From an uncultured Candidatus Saccharibacteria bacterium (lineage in GTDB: Bacteria > Patescibacteriota > Minisyncoccia > Phycocordibacterales > PALSA-1337), in the NCBI GenBank assembly GCA_964406895.1, contig CAYOTK010000003.1:9529-73528 (forward strand): a DNA stretch of 64,000 bases, in the 5' to 3' direction. Of this stretch, positions 29,990 through 40,355 are shown piece by piece. A model generated the notes under the pieces. It made no database searches. It was given only the letters and a program-made list of their open reading frames with translations, and was not told where the DNA came from. The position numbers and the translations under genes were made by a program. Numbering within the stretch: position 1 is the stretch's first letter; the number at the start of each line of letters is the position of its first letter.

Positions 29990-31393
29990 TTACTTCCTGA
30001 CTATTATTACACCTTGAGAACTATCTCTTATTTCGAAACCTCTATCTTCTATTTCTTGTCTTAAGGCGTCTGCTTTGTCCCATTCTTTGTTTTTTCGAGC
30101 TTCTTCACGCGCTTCACTTAGTGCTGTTATTTCTTCAGGTACTTTCTCAATTTCTGATTGAGTATTGGATACCGACATTTTCTCAAGATCTAGTCCGAGC
30201 ACGCGGTCGAAATCTATAATAGTGGCTCTTTTGTCAGCATCTGAATGTTTTGAATCTTTGATTATTTCCCAGATCAGAGCCAAAGCTTTCGCGGTATCCA
30301 AATCATCGTTTATATATTCTAGGAATTGATCTCTGTATTCTGTGATCACCTTTCCATTCTCTGGATATGAAGAGACAATGCCTATCAGTCTGATCAATGC
30401 TGTCTGAGATGCGCGAACTGCATCATATGAGAAATTAATTGGCGATCTATAGTGGGCGGTCAGTAGCCAGTATCTGTATGATAGGGGAGAGATTTTCTCA
30501 TCTTCTCTAAGTGTTTCAATTGTGATGAAATTGTTTGCTGACTTTGCCATTTTGCCGTCATTTATATTTACGAATGCATTGTGCATCCATATGTTTGCAA
30601 GAGGTTTGTCATATGCGGCTTGTGATTGTGCAATTTCATTGTTGTGATGTACGGGAATATGATCTATTCCACCTGTATGAATATCGAAAGGTTGACCCAA
30701 GTATTTTTTTGCCATAGCTGAACACTCTATGTGCCATCCAGGGAAACCTTTGCCCCAAGGGCTTTCCCAGCCGATTTTATTATCGAATTTCCAAAGAATA
30801 AAATCCAGATGATTTTTTTTGCCAGAAATTGGTTTGACTCTTGCGAATTCTTCATTCCATTTGAGTTTATCTTTGCCGCCTACAATTGCACCATATTCAG
30901 AGAATTTATCAGTATCGAAATATATGCCGTTTTCTGCTTTGTAAGTGAAGCCGTTTTGCTCTAGTTTTCCTATTAATTCTATGTCTTCTGTTATGTGCTC
31001 ACTGGCTCTCGGGAAATAATGTGGAGTCTCGATCTTGAGTTCATTCAGGTCTGATTTGAAAATTTCGAAATATTTTGTTGCCAAATCATACATGGCCTCC
31101 ATGGAAAGAGGCTTATTTTCTCTGATCAAAGCTTTTGTCATTTTGTCTTCACCTAGATCTCCATCGCTTACAAGGTGTCCAATGTCAGTAATATTTATAA
31201 CTTGCTTGATCTTATAGTTATTGAACTCCATAACTCTGCGCAAAGTATCAGCGAAAACATATGATCTCAAATTGCCTATATGAGCTCGGTCGTACACTGT
31301 TGGTCCGCAATGATACATATAAACTGCACCTTTGTGTATAGGCTCAAAGACTTCTGTTTTTCTCGAAAGAGTATTGTAGAGTTTTATGGACAT
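29990..31393 (-). CDS. cysS: cysteinyl-tRNA synthetase
   Basis: CGPTVYDRAHIGN HIGH region and KMAKS. Start set at the internal ATG (MSIKLYN) to avoid overlapping the upstream gene. Confidence 0.85.
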   Translation of the reverse strand: MSIKLYNTLSRKTEVFEPIHKGAVYMYHCGPTVYDRAHIGNLRSYVFADTLRRVMEFNNYKIKQVINITDIGHLVSDGDLGEDKMTKALIRENKPLSMEAMYDLATKYFEIFKSDLNELKIETPHYFPRASEHITEDIELIGKLEQNGFTYKAENGIYFDTDKFSEYGAIVGGKDKLKWNEEFARVKPISGKKNHLDFILWKFDNKIGWESPWGKGFPGWHIECSAMAKKYLGQPFDIHTGGIDHIPVHHNNEIAQSQAAYDKPLANIWMHNAFVNINDGKMAKSANNFITIETLREDEKISPLSYRYWLLTAHYRSPINFSYDAVRASQTALIRLIGIVSSYPENGKVITEYRDQFLEYINDDLDTAKALALIWEIIKDSKHSDADKRATIIDFDRVLGLDLEKMSVSNTQSEIEKVPEEITALSEAREEARKNKEWDKADALRQEIEDRGFEIRDSSQGVIIVRK

Positions 31394-31401
31394 TTTGGAA
31401 T

Positions 31402-32370
31402 TTAGTTGACCCAGCGCTTCTTCTTGAAAACCCACCAAATACATACTGCTACCAAGGCCATGATGAACATTATTACGCCCCAGCCGCTCGGACTTTCAAT
31501 AAACGGCACTTTGCTCGCTGGAATAGTGAATATGGCTGCAATGAATGTTAAAGGGTAGAAAATAAAAGCAACCAAAGTCAGAACTTTGATGATTTCGTTT
31601 TGTTTGGTGTCTAGAAGGGAATTGTTTGTTTCTCGCAAATCTATGAGAAGTTCGGATGAATTTGTGATCAATTCACGGGTTCTGTTGAACTCATTTTCTA
31701 TGTCTTTTATGTAGGTTTCGAAATCCTTATCGAAAACAGGATGATCTGCGTGTGTAAGCATATCTATCCACACATCTCTGTGAACTCTGGCTGTTTGCTT
31801 GAAGTCTATCAATTCACGACTAATATATGACAAAACTTCAACCATCTTTCTTTCATCTCCATTGAATATTCTCGTTTCAGAACTTACTAGAGCGTCCTCA
31901 ATATTCTTCAGGTCGTCTCGCATACCTTGGTAAAATCTTTTGACCATGAAGTAGAAAAGTTTGCACGCGCTCTCTGTTCTTTCTTCTTTGCTCAATATAT
32001 TGTTGGCCTCGAAAATTTTGGAGAAATATTCGAGCTGATCTACAGCCTCGTATCTGGAAGTAATAAGAAAATTCTTGCCGATAACGAAGTCTATTTCTCG
32101 TTCTGAAATTATATAATCTCCGCTTTCATTCTTGGTGCGAACTGGCAAGGTAAGTACAACCAATACATAGTCCTTGAAGAAATTGATTTTGGCCATAGAA
32201 GTAGAATTTTTGAGTTCTTCTCCTACCAGCGAGTGCAAATTGTATCTTTGTAATACTGAAGAAATTTCAGAGTCGTCTGGAGATTCCATGTCTATCCAAA
32301 CTACTCCTTTGGAGGAATGTGTTTTTGTCATGACCATATTATATCTATATGCGTCCAGAATGACAATCAT
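31402..32370 (-). CDS. CorA-like divalent cation transporter family protein with a non-canonical pore motif
   Basis: CorA-like cytoplasmic domain plus two C-terminal TM helices. In PLTFIAAIFTIPAS the canonical GMN is replaced by TIP. Confidence 0.5.
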   Translation of the reverse strand: MIVILDAYRYNMVMTKTHSSKGVVWIDMESPDDSEISSVLQRYNLHSLVGEELKNSTSMAKINFFKDYVLVVLTLPVRTKNESGDYIISEREIDFVIGKNFLITSRYEAVDQLEYFSKIFEANNILSKEERTESACKLFYFMVKRFYQGMRDDLKNIEDALVSSETRIFNGDERKMVEVLSYISRELIDFKQTARVHRDVWIDMLTHADHPVFDKDFETYIKDIENEFNRTRELITNSSELLIDLRETNNSLLDTKQNEIIKVLTLVAFIFYPLTFIAAIFTIPASKVPFIESPSGWGVIMFIMALVAVCIWWVFKKKRWVN

Positions 32371-32394
32371 ATCGGCATATGTAATAATGGTTGC

Positions 32395-33594
32395 ATGAAA
32401 TATGAAGACAAAAAACTTTCGCTTTTGCTCGTCGGCTTGCCACTTATCATAGTTGCTTTCTTTCTAGGCATGTATTACGGCAAAGAAAACAAAACCATTA
32501 CAAATGGCGTAGAATTAACCAATTCAGATATTGTTACTGTCGATCAATTCGCCAATTATTGGCGTGCTTGGAAAATTCTAGACGATAAATATGTTTCTTC
32601 TGCCAGCACTACTCCACAAGACAAGATCTGGGGTTCTATCAAGGGCTTAGCTTCTTCGTATGGGGATCCATATACAGTATTTTTCCCTCCTGTTGAGGCC
32701 AAAATGTTCCAAGAAGACATATCAGGCAATTTCGAGGGTGTTGGTATGGAGCTTGGTATCAAAAACAATCAGCTTACAGTCGTTGCGCCTATCAAGAATA
32801 GTCCTGCTTGGAAGGCGGGCGTTAAGGCGGGAGACATAATAGTCAAGATCAACGACAAGAGCGCATACGACATGCCGGTTGATCAAGCAGTCAAACTCAT
32901 TCGTGGCGCAAAGGGTACTGTCGTTAAGATTACATTCTTGCCAGTAGGTACGACGAAACAAATAGAGCGTTCACTTACTCGTGATGTTATTGATATCCCC
33001 ACTTTGGAAACATCTTCAAAGCCAGGTGGTATATTCGTTATCAAACTATACAGCTTCACTGCTCAATCACCATTTCTATTTAGAAATGCTTTGAGAGACT
33101 TCGTACTTTCTGGTAATAACAAACTAATTCTTGATTTGCGCGGTAACCCAGGAGGTTATCTGGATGCAGCTTGGGATATGGCTTCTTGGTTCTTGCCGGC
33201 AGGGGATATAGTTGTTACTGAAGATTTCGGTAATAAGCAATCTTCCAAGGTATATAGGAGTAAGGGTTACAACATCTTTGGTTCCAAGCTCAAAATGATA
33301 ATACTAGTTGATTCTGGTTCTGCTTCTGCCTCAGAGATTCTGGCCGGTGCTTTGAGTGAGCAAGGTGTGGCTAAACTTGTTGGTACCAAGACGTTCGGCA
33401 AGGGTTCAGTCCAAGAATTAGTCAGCCTTACATCTGATACTTCTCTCAAGATAACTATCGCTCGTTGGCTCACTCCGAAAGGTCACAATTTGTCTCATGA
33501 TGGCTTGGTACCTGATGTAGTTGTGCCAGTCAATGACAAAGATGTTACCAAGGATGTCCAATTAGACAAAGCAGTTGAAATTTTAAGCAAATAA
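32395..33594 (+). CDS. ctp: C-terminal processing peptidase (S41 family)
   Basis: PDZ region, and the ILDLRGNPGGYL S41 catalytic-region motif. Start at the internal ATG at 32395, with an N-terminal TM. Confidence 0.8.
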   Translation: MKYEDKKLSLLLVGLPLIIVAFFLGMYYGKENKTITNGVELTNSDIVTVDQFANYWRAWKILDDKYVSSASTTPQDKIWGSIKGLASSYGDPYTVFFPPVEAKMFQEDISGNFEGVGMELGIKNNQLTVVAPIKNSPAWKAGVKAGDIIVKINDKSAYDMPVDQAVKLIRGAKGTVVKITFLPVGTTKQIERSLTRDVIDIPTLETSSKPGGIFVIKLYSFTAQSPFLFRNALRDFVLSGNNKLILDLRGNPGGYLDAAWDMASWFLPAGDIVVTEDFGNKQSSKVYRSKGYNIFGSKLKMIILVDSGSASASEILAGALSEQGVAKLVGTKTFGKGSVQELVSLTSDTSLKITIARWLTPKGHNLSHDGLVPDVVVPVNDKDVTKDVQLDKAVEILSK

Positions 33595-33630
33595 GATAAT
33601 ATCGAAGTATTAAACATAATATTCAAAAAC

Positions 33631-34074
33631 ATGAAGATAATTTTACTGAAAGATGTTGCGAAATTAGGAAGGAAATATGACGTCAAAGACGTGAATGAAG
33701 GCCATGCATTGAATTTCCTCATACCTCAAGGCTATGCGGTTTCTGCCACTCCTTCTGCTTTGAAGAAGTTAGAGACAGATAAGGTTAAAACAGAGATGGA
33801 AAGGCGTGTTCAAGAGGAACTATTAGCTAAGAATTTGAAAGAAATAGAAAATGTAACTTTGCAATTTGTTGGTAAAGCCAATGAAAAAGGTCATTTATTT
33901 GCTGGTATTCATGTAACAGAGATCGTTTCAGAATTGTCCAAGCAATTCAGATTGAATATTGATCCCTCCATTGTTGTATTGGAACACCCTATAAAAGAGG
34001 TTGGGGAACACACCGTCGAAATCAAGAATGGTAATAAGAATGTAAAACTCAATATTGTTATAAAAGGGGAGTAG
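33631..34074 (+). CDS. rplI: 50S ribosomal protein bL9
   Basis: MKIILLKDVAKLGRKYDVKDV... Confidence 0.9.
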   Translation: MKIILLKDVAKLGRKYDVKDVNEGHALNFLIPQGYAVSATPSALKKLETDKVKTEMERRVQEELLAKNLKEIENVTLQFVGKANEKGHLFAGIHVTEIVSELSKQFRLNIDPSIVVLEHPIKEVGEHTVEIKNGNKNVKLNIVIKGE

Positions 34075-34087
34075 TATAAACAAAAAA

Positions 34088-34116
34088 CCCCTCGACAAGC
34101 TCGAGGGGTTTTTTGT
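34088..34116. terminator. bidirectional terminator between convergent rplI and rpmA
   Basis: aaaaaa-cccctcga-caagc-tcgagggg-ttttttg. Confidence 0.6.
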
Positions 34117-34127
34117 TTGTTGATTTA

Positions 34128-34400
34128 TTATTTTACGTGAACAATCTTCTTTCTGTCTATGTCATTATTGAAACTTGTCTTTCTTTTTGTCGAGAATTCG
34201 ACTACGCCGTTCTTGAGAGCAAAAAGCGTATAGTCTTTACCTGTTCCTACGTTCTTGCCAGGTAGAACTGTTGTGCCTCGTTGGCGAACTATGATCTGTC
34301 CAACTGTGATTTTCTGGCCATGATTAATCTTAACTCCAAGATATTTTGGGTTTGAATCTCTTCCGTTTTTGGTTGTACCTGCCGCTTTCTTATGTGCCAT
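34128..34400 (-). CDS. rpmA: 50S ribosomal protein bL27
   Basis: [24 protein letters not shown]... Confidence 0.9.
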   Translation of the reverse strand: MAHKKAAGTTKNGRDSNPKYLGVKINHGQKITVGQIIVRQRGTTVLPGKNVGTGKDYTLFALKNGVVEFSTKRKTSFNNDIDRKKIVHVK

Positions 34401-34583
34401 ATAAGTAAAATATGATTGTTAGTGACTGAAAGCATAACATTTGCAATGAAATTATGCAAGGTGGTGTACTATTGCATTAAATCGATATTTCTCTCAAGAC
34501 TCACAACATTTATGTTTTGAATCTAGTTGAGTGCCCCACATTGCTGTGAGGCCGAGATTACTTCAATCTCGAAAGTGATTGGG

Positions 34584-35306
34584 TTAACTTCCAGTTGACG
34601 CTCTCGTCGCCTTGTCTTTTGCGAGTTCAGCCGCTGCTTGCCTGTAGATTTCTCCTTTATCGAGCGTCAAACCGAAGTCAATCGTGGCTGTGTTCCAGAT
34701 TCGATCAAATGCGTTCTCGCAATGTCCGATCCAGTTGCCAGCGTGAATCACGCTGTGGCGAGCCACATTCGGTACGACCCTAATTGACTCGAATTCGTCT
34801 TGTGCTGCGAGAACTCTGTAGGCAGCACTGATGAGTCGTTGCGAGACCGTCGATTCACCGAGTCCGTCCCAGTAGGGATTTCCTTGACCGAGGAAGTTGA
34901 GCGAACCAACTGACTCACGGAGTCGGGCGAACATTTCTTCGCAGGTCTCGACTTTTTCCCTTGCGGCTTGGTTTTTGTTTTCTAAACGATCAAGCCATTT
35001 GAGACACGCAAACGACATGGAGCCAATCACTACGACCCAAGGAACGCCATAGGTGCCGTGGGAAGTAATAGCAATTACCAACATTGCCGCGGTGAGACCG
35101 TAAAGCAATAATAGGATACGGTTGCTTTTTTTACAGTTTCGACTAACCTGATTAATAGCTACGTTTCTTTCTTGCGCGGCCTTAATCAAGCTGTGACCCT
35201 GGTTCACCTTGTTCTCCCACTTCAAGCGGAGACTCTCCGAGACGACACGCATCAAGCACTCGATTTCTTCGTTACTAATTTTCATGGATCTTTCTTTCAA
35301 TGCCAT
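34584..35306 (-). CDS. hypothetical membrane protein in a high-GC island
   Basis: 240-aa ORF at ~54% GC with a central TM helix. No family recognised. Confidence 0.4.
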   Translation of the reverse strand: MALKERSMKISNEEIECLMRVVSESLRLKWENKVNQGHSLIKAAQERNVAINQVSRNCKKSNRILLLLYGLTAAMLVIAITSHGTYGVPWVVVIGSMSFACLKWLDRLENKNQAAREKVETCEEMFARLRESVGSLNFLGQGNPYWDGLGESTVSQRLISAAYRVLAAQDEFESIRVVPNVARHSVIHAGNWIGHCENAFDRIWNTATIDFGLTLDKGEIYRQAAAELAKDKATRASTGS

Positions 35307-35561
35307 TTTAGACCATGGGGTTGTAGCCCATCTCTACAAGCTTGTGACCTGTAGAAATACTTCATGCAGTCTAGAACAGTTGGCGGCTATTCTTACATAA
35401 TTATACTATACATGTGTCGACAATGTCAATATTATGTACAGTTAACCATATGGGGTGATGTTCGATTAACCTTTTGGTATAATAATAATAAATCACGCGT
35501 GTTCATATAAAAAGAAGAGGCCAGAGGTTAGTCCGGCTTCTCTGTGTATTCGGTTCCTTAG

Positions 35562-35804
35562 TTACTCTTCACGAGACAATCCGAAGTCGCGACGTCGCTT
35601 GTTTCTGCGCATCTCAGTGACCGAATCGCTTATGCCCGCTACTTCGCTGAATCCACCTCTACAAAGGTGGTGTTGCTCGTGCGGAGGGCCATGATGGTGC
35701 CAACACCTTTTTTCATCGGTAAGCGCCGCTGAAGAAATTATTTCGAGGTGTTTCCGGGTGGGCTTAAGCCCCTCGAGATAAAGACCTATTAAATGTTTTA
35801 GCAT
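35562..35804 (-). CDS. hypothetical 80-aa His/Cys-rich protein in a high-GC island
   Basis: CWHHHGPPHEQHHLC. TTGACA and TATAAT lie just upstream on the minus strand. Confidence 0.3.
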   Translation of the reverse strand: MLKHLIGLYLEGLKPTRKHLEIISSAALTDEKRCWHHHGPPHEQHHLCRGGFSEVAGISDSVTEMRRNKRRRDFGLSREE

Positions 35805-36113
35805 ATTTTCATGATTATAGTACTATGAATAAGTATAGTATGTCAACTTTTGGTAATAAAACATTCTGTATGTAATTAATACGTATAATGCATCGTCTCG
35901 TCATAATTTAAGAGTCATTTCTACCAATCCAGTCCTCATTTTTTGCAGTATGGTCATAATAAATGGCTTAAAATAAGGGTATTTTGGGTCAAAAATATGG
36001 CTCTATATAAGGGTTTTGGGGGTGTAGACCCATTGACAGGGAAGTGCAAATCTGCTACACTTATTGCACAATGAGTTAGTGAGCGTCATGCTTACAAAAC
36101 TCGTTTTTAATTT

Positions 36114-36578
36114 ATGACAGAACTTACAACTGGTGTAGTGTTCCTTATGTCTTCGCTATATGGTGCCGGTCAAGTAAATGCTACAGCAAATGCCACCGTT
36201 ATTCCTACAGCAACAGACAAACAGGGCATTGAATCTGTTACAGAAAAGGACTTCAATGATTCGAAAGTAGTTGAACAGTACGTTAAAAAAGAATATGCAA
36301 GCGAACCTCTTCTTATAGAAATTGCCAGATGTGAATCTACTTTCCGTCAGTATGACAAGGATGGTACGGTTATACGTGGTAAGGTCAATAAGAACGACGT
36401 TGGCATAATGCAAATTAACGAAAAGTATCACGGCGAGACAGCGGCCAATCATGGTTATGATATATATACCGTGAAGGGTAATCTAGACTTCGCCAAATAC
36501 CTTTATGAGAAATATGGTGCTTCACCATGGTCAGCTTCGGCCAAATGTTGGTCAGGAGGTGATGTTGCGATGAAGTAA
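36114..36578 (+). CDS. secreted lytic-transglycosylase / lysozyme-like (SLT-like) protein
   Basis: Signal peptide; an E-S catalytic motif (ARCESTFRQ) and GIMQIN, as in SLT domains. TTGACA-N17-TACACT lies upstream. Confidence 0.55.
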   Translation: MTELTTGVVFLMSSLYGAGQVNATANATVIPTATDKQGIESVTEKDFNDSKVVEQYVKKEYASEPLLIEIARCESTFRQYDKDGTVIRGKVNKNDVGIMQINEKYHGETAANHGYDIYTVKGNLDFAKYLYEKYGASPWSASAKCWSGGDVAMK

Positions 36579-36618
36579 TCACTTCTCAAGGTATTGCATA
36601 CACTCAACTAATATAACC

Positions 36619-36651
36619 AAAAAACCCGCAGAGAGATCTGTGGGTTTTTTG
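36619..36651. terminator. bidirectional rho-independent terminator
   Basis: aaaaaa-cccgcaga-gaga-tctgtggg-tttttt. Confidence 0.55.
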
Positions 36652-36747
36652 GTGTGTACTTGGCTGTAGAAACGTTAGCAACCATGCACATTTAGCAAGC
36701 AGAGGAGGGTGTGACATTTTCTAGTTGTTTTTTATTCATGAATAGAA

Positions 36748-36954
36748 TTATACAATATCTTCAAGTAACTTCTTAGCAACATCCCACTTAGGAGATTTGT
36801 GTTCATTCATGTATTTTGCGAGTAATTCCTGAGATTCTTTTCGAAATAATTCCACCACTTCTATTTCGGGGAATATCTCCTTATATCCAACAGGTAATGC
36901 TTTTTTATCAATTGCTTTTATTGAACCTGTGAAATTATCCGGCAAAGCATACAC
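36748..36954 (-). CDS. hypothetical protein
   Basis: 68-aa ORF. Confidence 0.3.
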   Translation of the reverse strand: MYALPDNFTGSIKAIDKKALPVGYKEIFPEIEVVELFRKESQELLAKYMNEHKSPKWDVAKKLLEDIV

Positions 36955-37003
36955 AATTTAAGAACTAGAACAACATATCCTTTTTGTTTATTTTGCATAA
37001 TAT

Positions 37004-37246
37004 TTATTTAAATGTTGAATAAATTATATTGATTAATCCTGAAAAAATGACAAGAAAAGCGACAATTACTAATGGACAGAAGAAGCTCCACCACATCCGC
37101 TTTTTATCCTTCTTTTTAAGGATTGGATCATCTTGATCCGATGCCTTTACAGCAAAAACAATACCGAGAATTATTCCGATTGGAAGCAACAAAGCGAGTG
37201 ATAATCCTATACCTGTGTATGTAATTACATTGATTATTGGCATCAT
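37004..37246 (-). CDS. hypothetical small membrane protein
   Basis: 80 aa with two TM helices. Confidence 0.35.
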   Translation of the reverse strand: MMPIINVITYTGIGLSLALLLPIGIILGIVFAVKASDQDDPILKKKDKKRMWWSFFCPLVIVAFLVIFSGLINIIYSTFK

Positions 37247-37251
37247 GATAT

Positions 37252-38112
37252 TTACTGTGAACCTCGCAATTTTGCCTGATACTGGATTGCGGCCAACTTA
37301 CAGATTTGTTGCGCCTTGTTGTTATCACTAACTAGATCACAACGGTTAAAAACAGCGTAACAAGTGACTTTTCCTTTGTCTCCATTCATGAGCGAACATG
37401 TATTTACGTCTAACGGTCGTGAATCCGAAAGAAGAGGTGTGCTAGTGCCTATTAGGTTAGGATTGCTCGAAAGTGTAATTATAAATATAAGACATTTATT
37501 TTGTTGATCAGCAGATAAAGACTGACAATAAGCCAAGGCCTGGTCAGTAGTCTTTCCTTGGAGTGTTTTCATAAGCTGGACTGTCTGCTTTCCTTCAGAA
37601 ATACCTTTAGAAATTCCAGTACCCAATCCGATAACTAAAGGACCGATAATGCCAAGAATGAGTAAAATTACTACGATAACGACAAAATGTTTGTCGACTT
37701 TCTTGATCGACAGATTCTCTCGATCAATTGATCCGGTAACAAAGTAGTCTTTAATTTTGAGAAAATACCACAAAATTACGGCGTCAATCAGAATTGAAAA
37801 AATATTTGAGGAAATAGTCTGATATGGAATAAAGATGAAAACTACTGACAAAATCAGATCTATTGTTAATAGTGCCATTACAACACGATACAAAGATTGA
37901 CCCGGTCTTCGGATAGTAATAAATAACAGGATATAGAAGACTAAGCCGAATATTTCGTACCCGATATGGAGAGGTGTGATTATTCCCGAAATACCCCATG
38001 AGCTACTTACTGCAATGACTCCGACAAACCCGACTATTGCCAGAATAGCTGCAATTATTGTTAAGACCTGTAATAATTTTAGTCCCAATGTCAATCTATT
38101 TTTTGGTTTCAT
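37252..38112 (-). CDS. hypothetical polytopic membrane protein
   Basis: 286 aa with several TM helices. Confidence 0.5.
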   Translation of the reverse strand: MKPKNRLTLGLKLLQVLTIIAAILAIVGFVGVIAVSSSWGISGIITPLHIGYEIFGLVFYILLFITIRRPGQSLYRVVMALLTIDLILSVVFIFIPYQTISSNIFSILIDAVILWYFLKIKDYFVTGSIDRENLSIKKVDKHFVVIVVILLILGIIGPLVIGLGTGISKGISEGKQTVQLMKTLQGKTTDQALAYCQSLSADQQNKCLIFIITLSSNPNLIGTSTPLLSDSRPLDVNTCSLMNGDKGKVTCYAVFNRCDLVSDNNKAQQICKLAAIQYQAKLRGSQ

Positions 38113-38649
38113 ATTAATAATTATTTTTTAATAAAATACTCAAAACTTTTGCTATATATCTTCGCAAACCGCTGGAGCTCAACAATATCAACTTTCTGTT
38201 GCCCGGATTCAATATTTGAAATATGCGATTGTGGTCGTCTTATATACTTAGCAAATTCAAATGGACTTGACCATAATAGTACAATGGTCTATCCAAATTA
38301 TCAATATTCAAAGGTTATGACACGTCAATTGGTTGTAGGGGAGTGTGCAGGAGGCCTTTGGCTGGTATTCGATCTTTTCTGAATCCATGAATTCGATATC
38401 AAGGAGTGGGGTTCTGATCGTTATCGGTTTCTTGAGACCTGGGGAAGTGAAGATGAAGAATAAGGAGGGAACAGAACTCGAACTAGCAAATTTTAACGAC
38501 TTTTAATGTTGGTAGGGAGGCCCTTACTAGCCGGGCTTTGCTCTCAAACCTCTGGGCCTATTGTATGTCGCACAATATATCTTTTGCGACGTTTACAGCG
38601 TTTTAAATACTGATTTCGCGCGGGTCTACCCTGCTGGAGGATTTTTTTA

Positions 38650-38979
38650 TTAGTTTTGAATTTGTCGAATCGGAGGCAATGTCGGAGCGTTTGATCTTAT
38701 ACTGTCTGGCTCCCCATTCTTGATCTTGGTCAGGTTCTCTATCGCTGGTTGCCATATAAGCGGTATAAAAACTTTGTTCCAAACATAATCAGCGGGCTTT
38801 TTCAAATATCCATTCCAAGTATTCACGACTAGGCTTTTGACGTATCCGAAGTTATCCTTGCCTGTTGGTGAATTGACTATGTTTCTAAGGTTGAGTCCGA
38901 AGTAACTTAAAATCAATAATGCAACGACAATTATTAAAATAGTTTTTATGAGACCTTGATTATATGTTTTATATTTCAT
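38650..38979 (-). CDS. hypothetical membrane protein
   Basis: 109 aa with an N-terminal TM. Confidence 0.4.
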   Translation of the reverse strand: MKYKTYNQGLIKTILIIVVALLILSYFGLNLRNIVNSPTGKDNFGYVKSLVVNTWNGYLKKPADYVWNKVFIPLIWQPAIENLTKIKNGEPDSIRSNAPTLPPIRQIQN

Positions 38980-39061
38980 GATTATATTTTAACTCTAAAA
39001 TCAATTCTTGAATATGTCTAATGTGAACATTTATATCACTTAAACGACAAAATATAATTTT

Positions 39062-40351
39062 TTAAAGATAAGAAAGCGGATTTAGATACGCCTTGAAGTC
39101 AGCTACTGGCAAACGTACTCCACGACAGTTACGACTATTTGTCAACTTAACAACTTCTATACCTTGTGAAGCATAAACTCCAAAGTGAAGATGAGGGCCT
39201 GTGGTGTATCCGGTATTACCACTATAGCCTATGATTTGACCAGTAGAGACAGACTGGCCTTCGGATACAGACTGCAGCGATAGATGAGCGTAAAGAGTAC
39301 TAAGACCATTCGGGTGCTGTATGAGAACCCATTTGCCATATGAGTAACAGGTTCTAACCGTGCCAGTATTGCCTACCCCTACGACAGTACCAAGAAGCGC
39401 TGATTTGACAGGGGTGCCGACAGAAGCGCGCAAATCAATACCATTATGACCTTTACCATTATAGACTTGGGCATTTGCAGTAGCGAAGTCAGTATTGCCG
39501 AAATATTGCGTTATAGTTACAGCATCCAAAGGCCACGACAGAACACCTGAACCAGTTTTGGGTAGTTTCGATGTATCAATCATAATTTTGAGTTGAGATT
39601 CGAAATCGAGAATTTCCTTTTCGATCGATTGTTTCAGTTCTTGCTTATTGGCCAGTATTCTCTGATATTCAGCTTCTGATTGTTTGGTTTCATTCAGGAG
39701 TTGATTCTTTTCATTGGTAGCGCTTTTGACCAAATCTCTTTGATTGTTCAATTCATTCTTGAGAGCGATGAGGTCATTTTTAGCTTTTTCACTGGCTTTC
39801 TTATTGGCTTCCAAGTCGAGTTTGATATTGTTCAAAGTATTTATGCGATCATAAAGTCTTCCTTGAAGAGAGTTTAGTTTTTCCATGCTGGACAAAGTTT
39901 CAGCTATAGAATTGTTACTAAGAACTTTTTCTATAAGACTGTTGTTATCTGTCTTGTATATTTCTTTGAAGACATTATCGATAATTCTTTTGTCGTCTGA
40001 AATATCATCTTCCTTTGAATGAATCTGAGAATTGAGGTTTGAGATTTCGTAGTTTTTATTCTCGATTTTATTCTCGGTGATTTTTATGTCGGCTTCGAAT
40101 TTCTTCCTTGTAAGATCCAATGACTTGATGGCCGATTTGAGAGAATTGGCTTGTTGTCCCAAATCATCTATTTGATTCTGGTATGACTTGATCTCTTTCT
40201 CGAGATTTGCGATATCTTGATTACGTTTCTCGATTTGTTTCTGGATTTGATCGATGGTATCTGCCCTGCTGGTTGTAGTTGCAAAACAAAAAATCGCAGT
40301 GATAATGAGTAAACTGGATATTGCGGGTATTATGTTTCTTCTTTGAAACAT
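39062..40351 (-). CDS. M23 family metallopeptidase with an N-terminal coiled coil (EnvC-like murein endopeptidase)
   Basis: HNGIDL and GPHLHF M23 motifs, plus a long coiled coil. Confidence 0.8.
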   Translation of the reverse strand: MFQRRNIIPAISSLLIITAIFCFATTTSRADTIDQIQKQIEKRNQDIANLEKEIKSYQNQIDDLGQQANSLKSAIKSLDLTRKKFEADIKITENKIENKNYEISNLNSQIHSKEDDISDDKRIIDNVFKEIYKTDNNSLIEKVLSNNSIAETLSSMEKLNSLQGRLYDRINTLNNIKLDLEANKKASEKAKNDLIALKNELNNQRDLVKSATNEKNQLLNETKQSEAEYQRILANKQELKQSIEKEILDFESQLKIMIDTSKLPKTGSGVLSWPLDAVTITQYFGNTDFATANAQVYNGKGHNGIDLRASVGTPVKSALLGTVVGVGNTGTVRTCYSYGKWVLIQHPNGLSTLYAHLSLQSVSEGQSVSTGQIIGYSGNTGYTTGPHLHFGVYASQGIEVVKLTNSRNCRGVRLPVADFKAYLNPLSYL

Positions 40352-40355
40352 TGTT

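Noticed and set aside
38383-38650. tmRNA (ssrA) call
   Set aside because: There is only faint resemblance (GGGG...TCTGA, a GCA-AAT...TAA tag-like frame). There is no convincing T-arm/CCA-proximal 3' end and no acceptor pairing, so it is not annotated as a feature.
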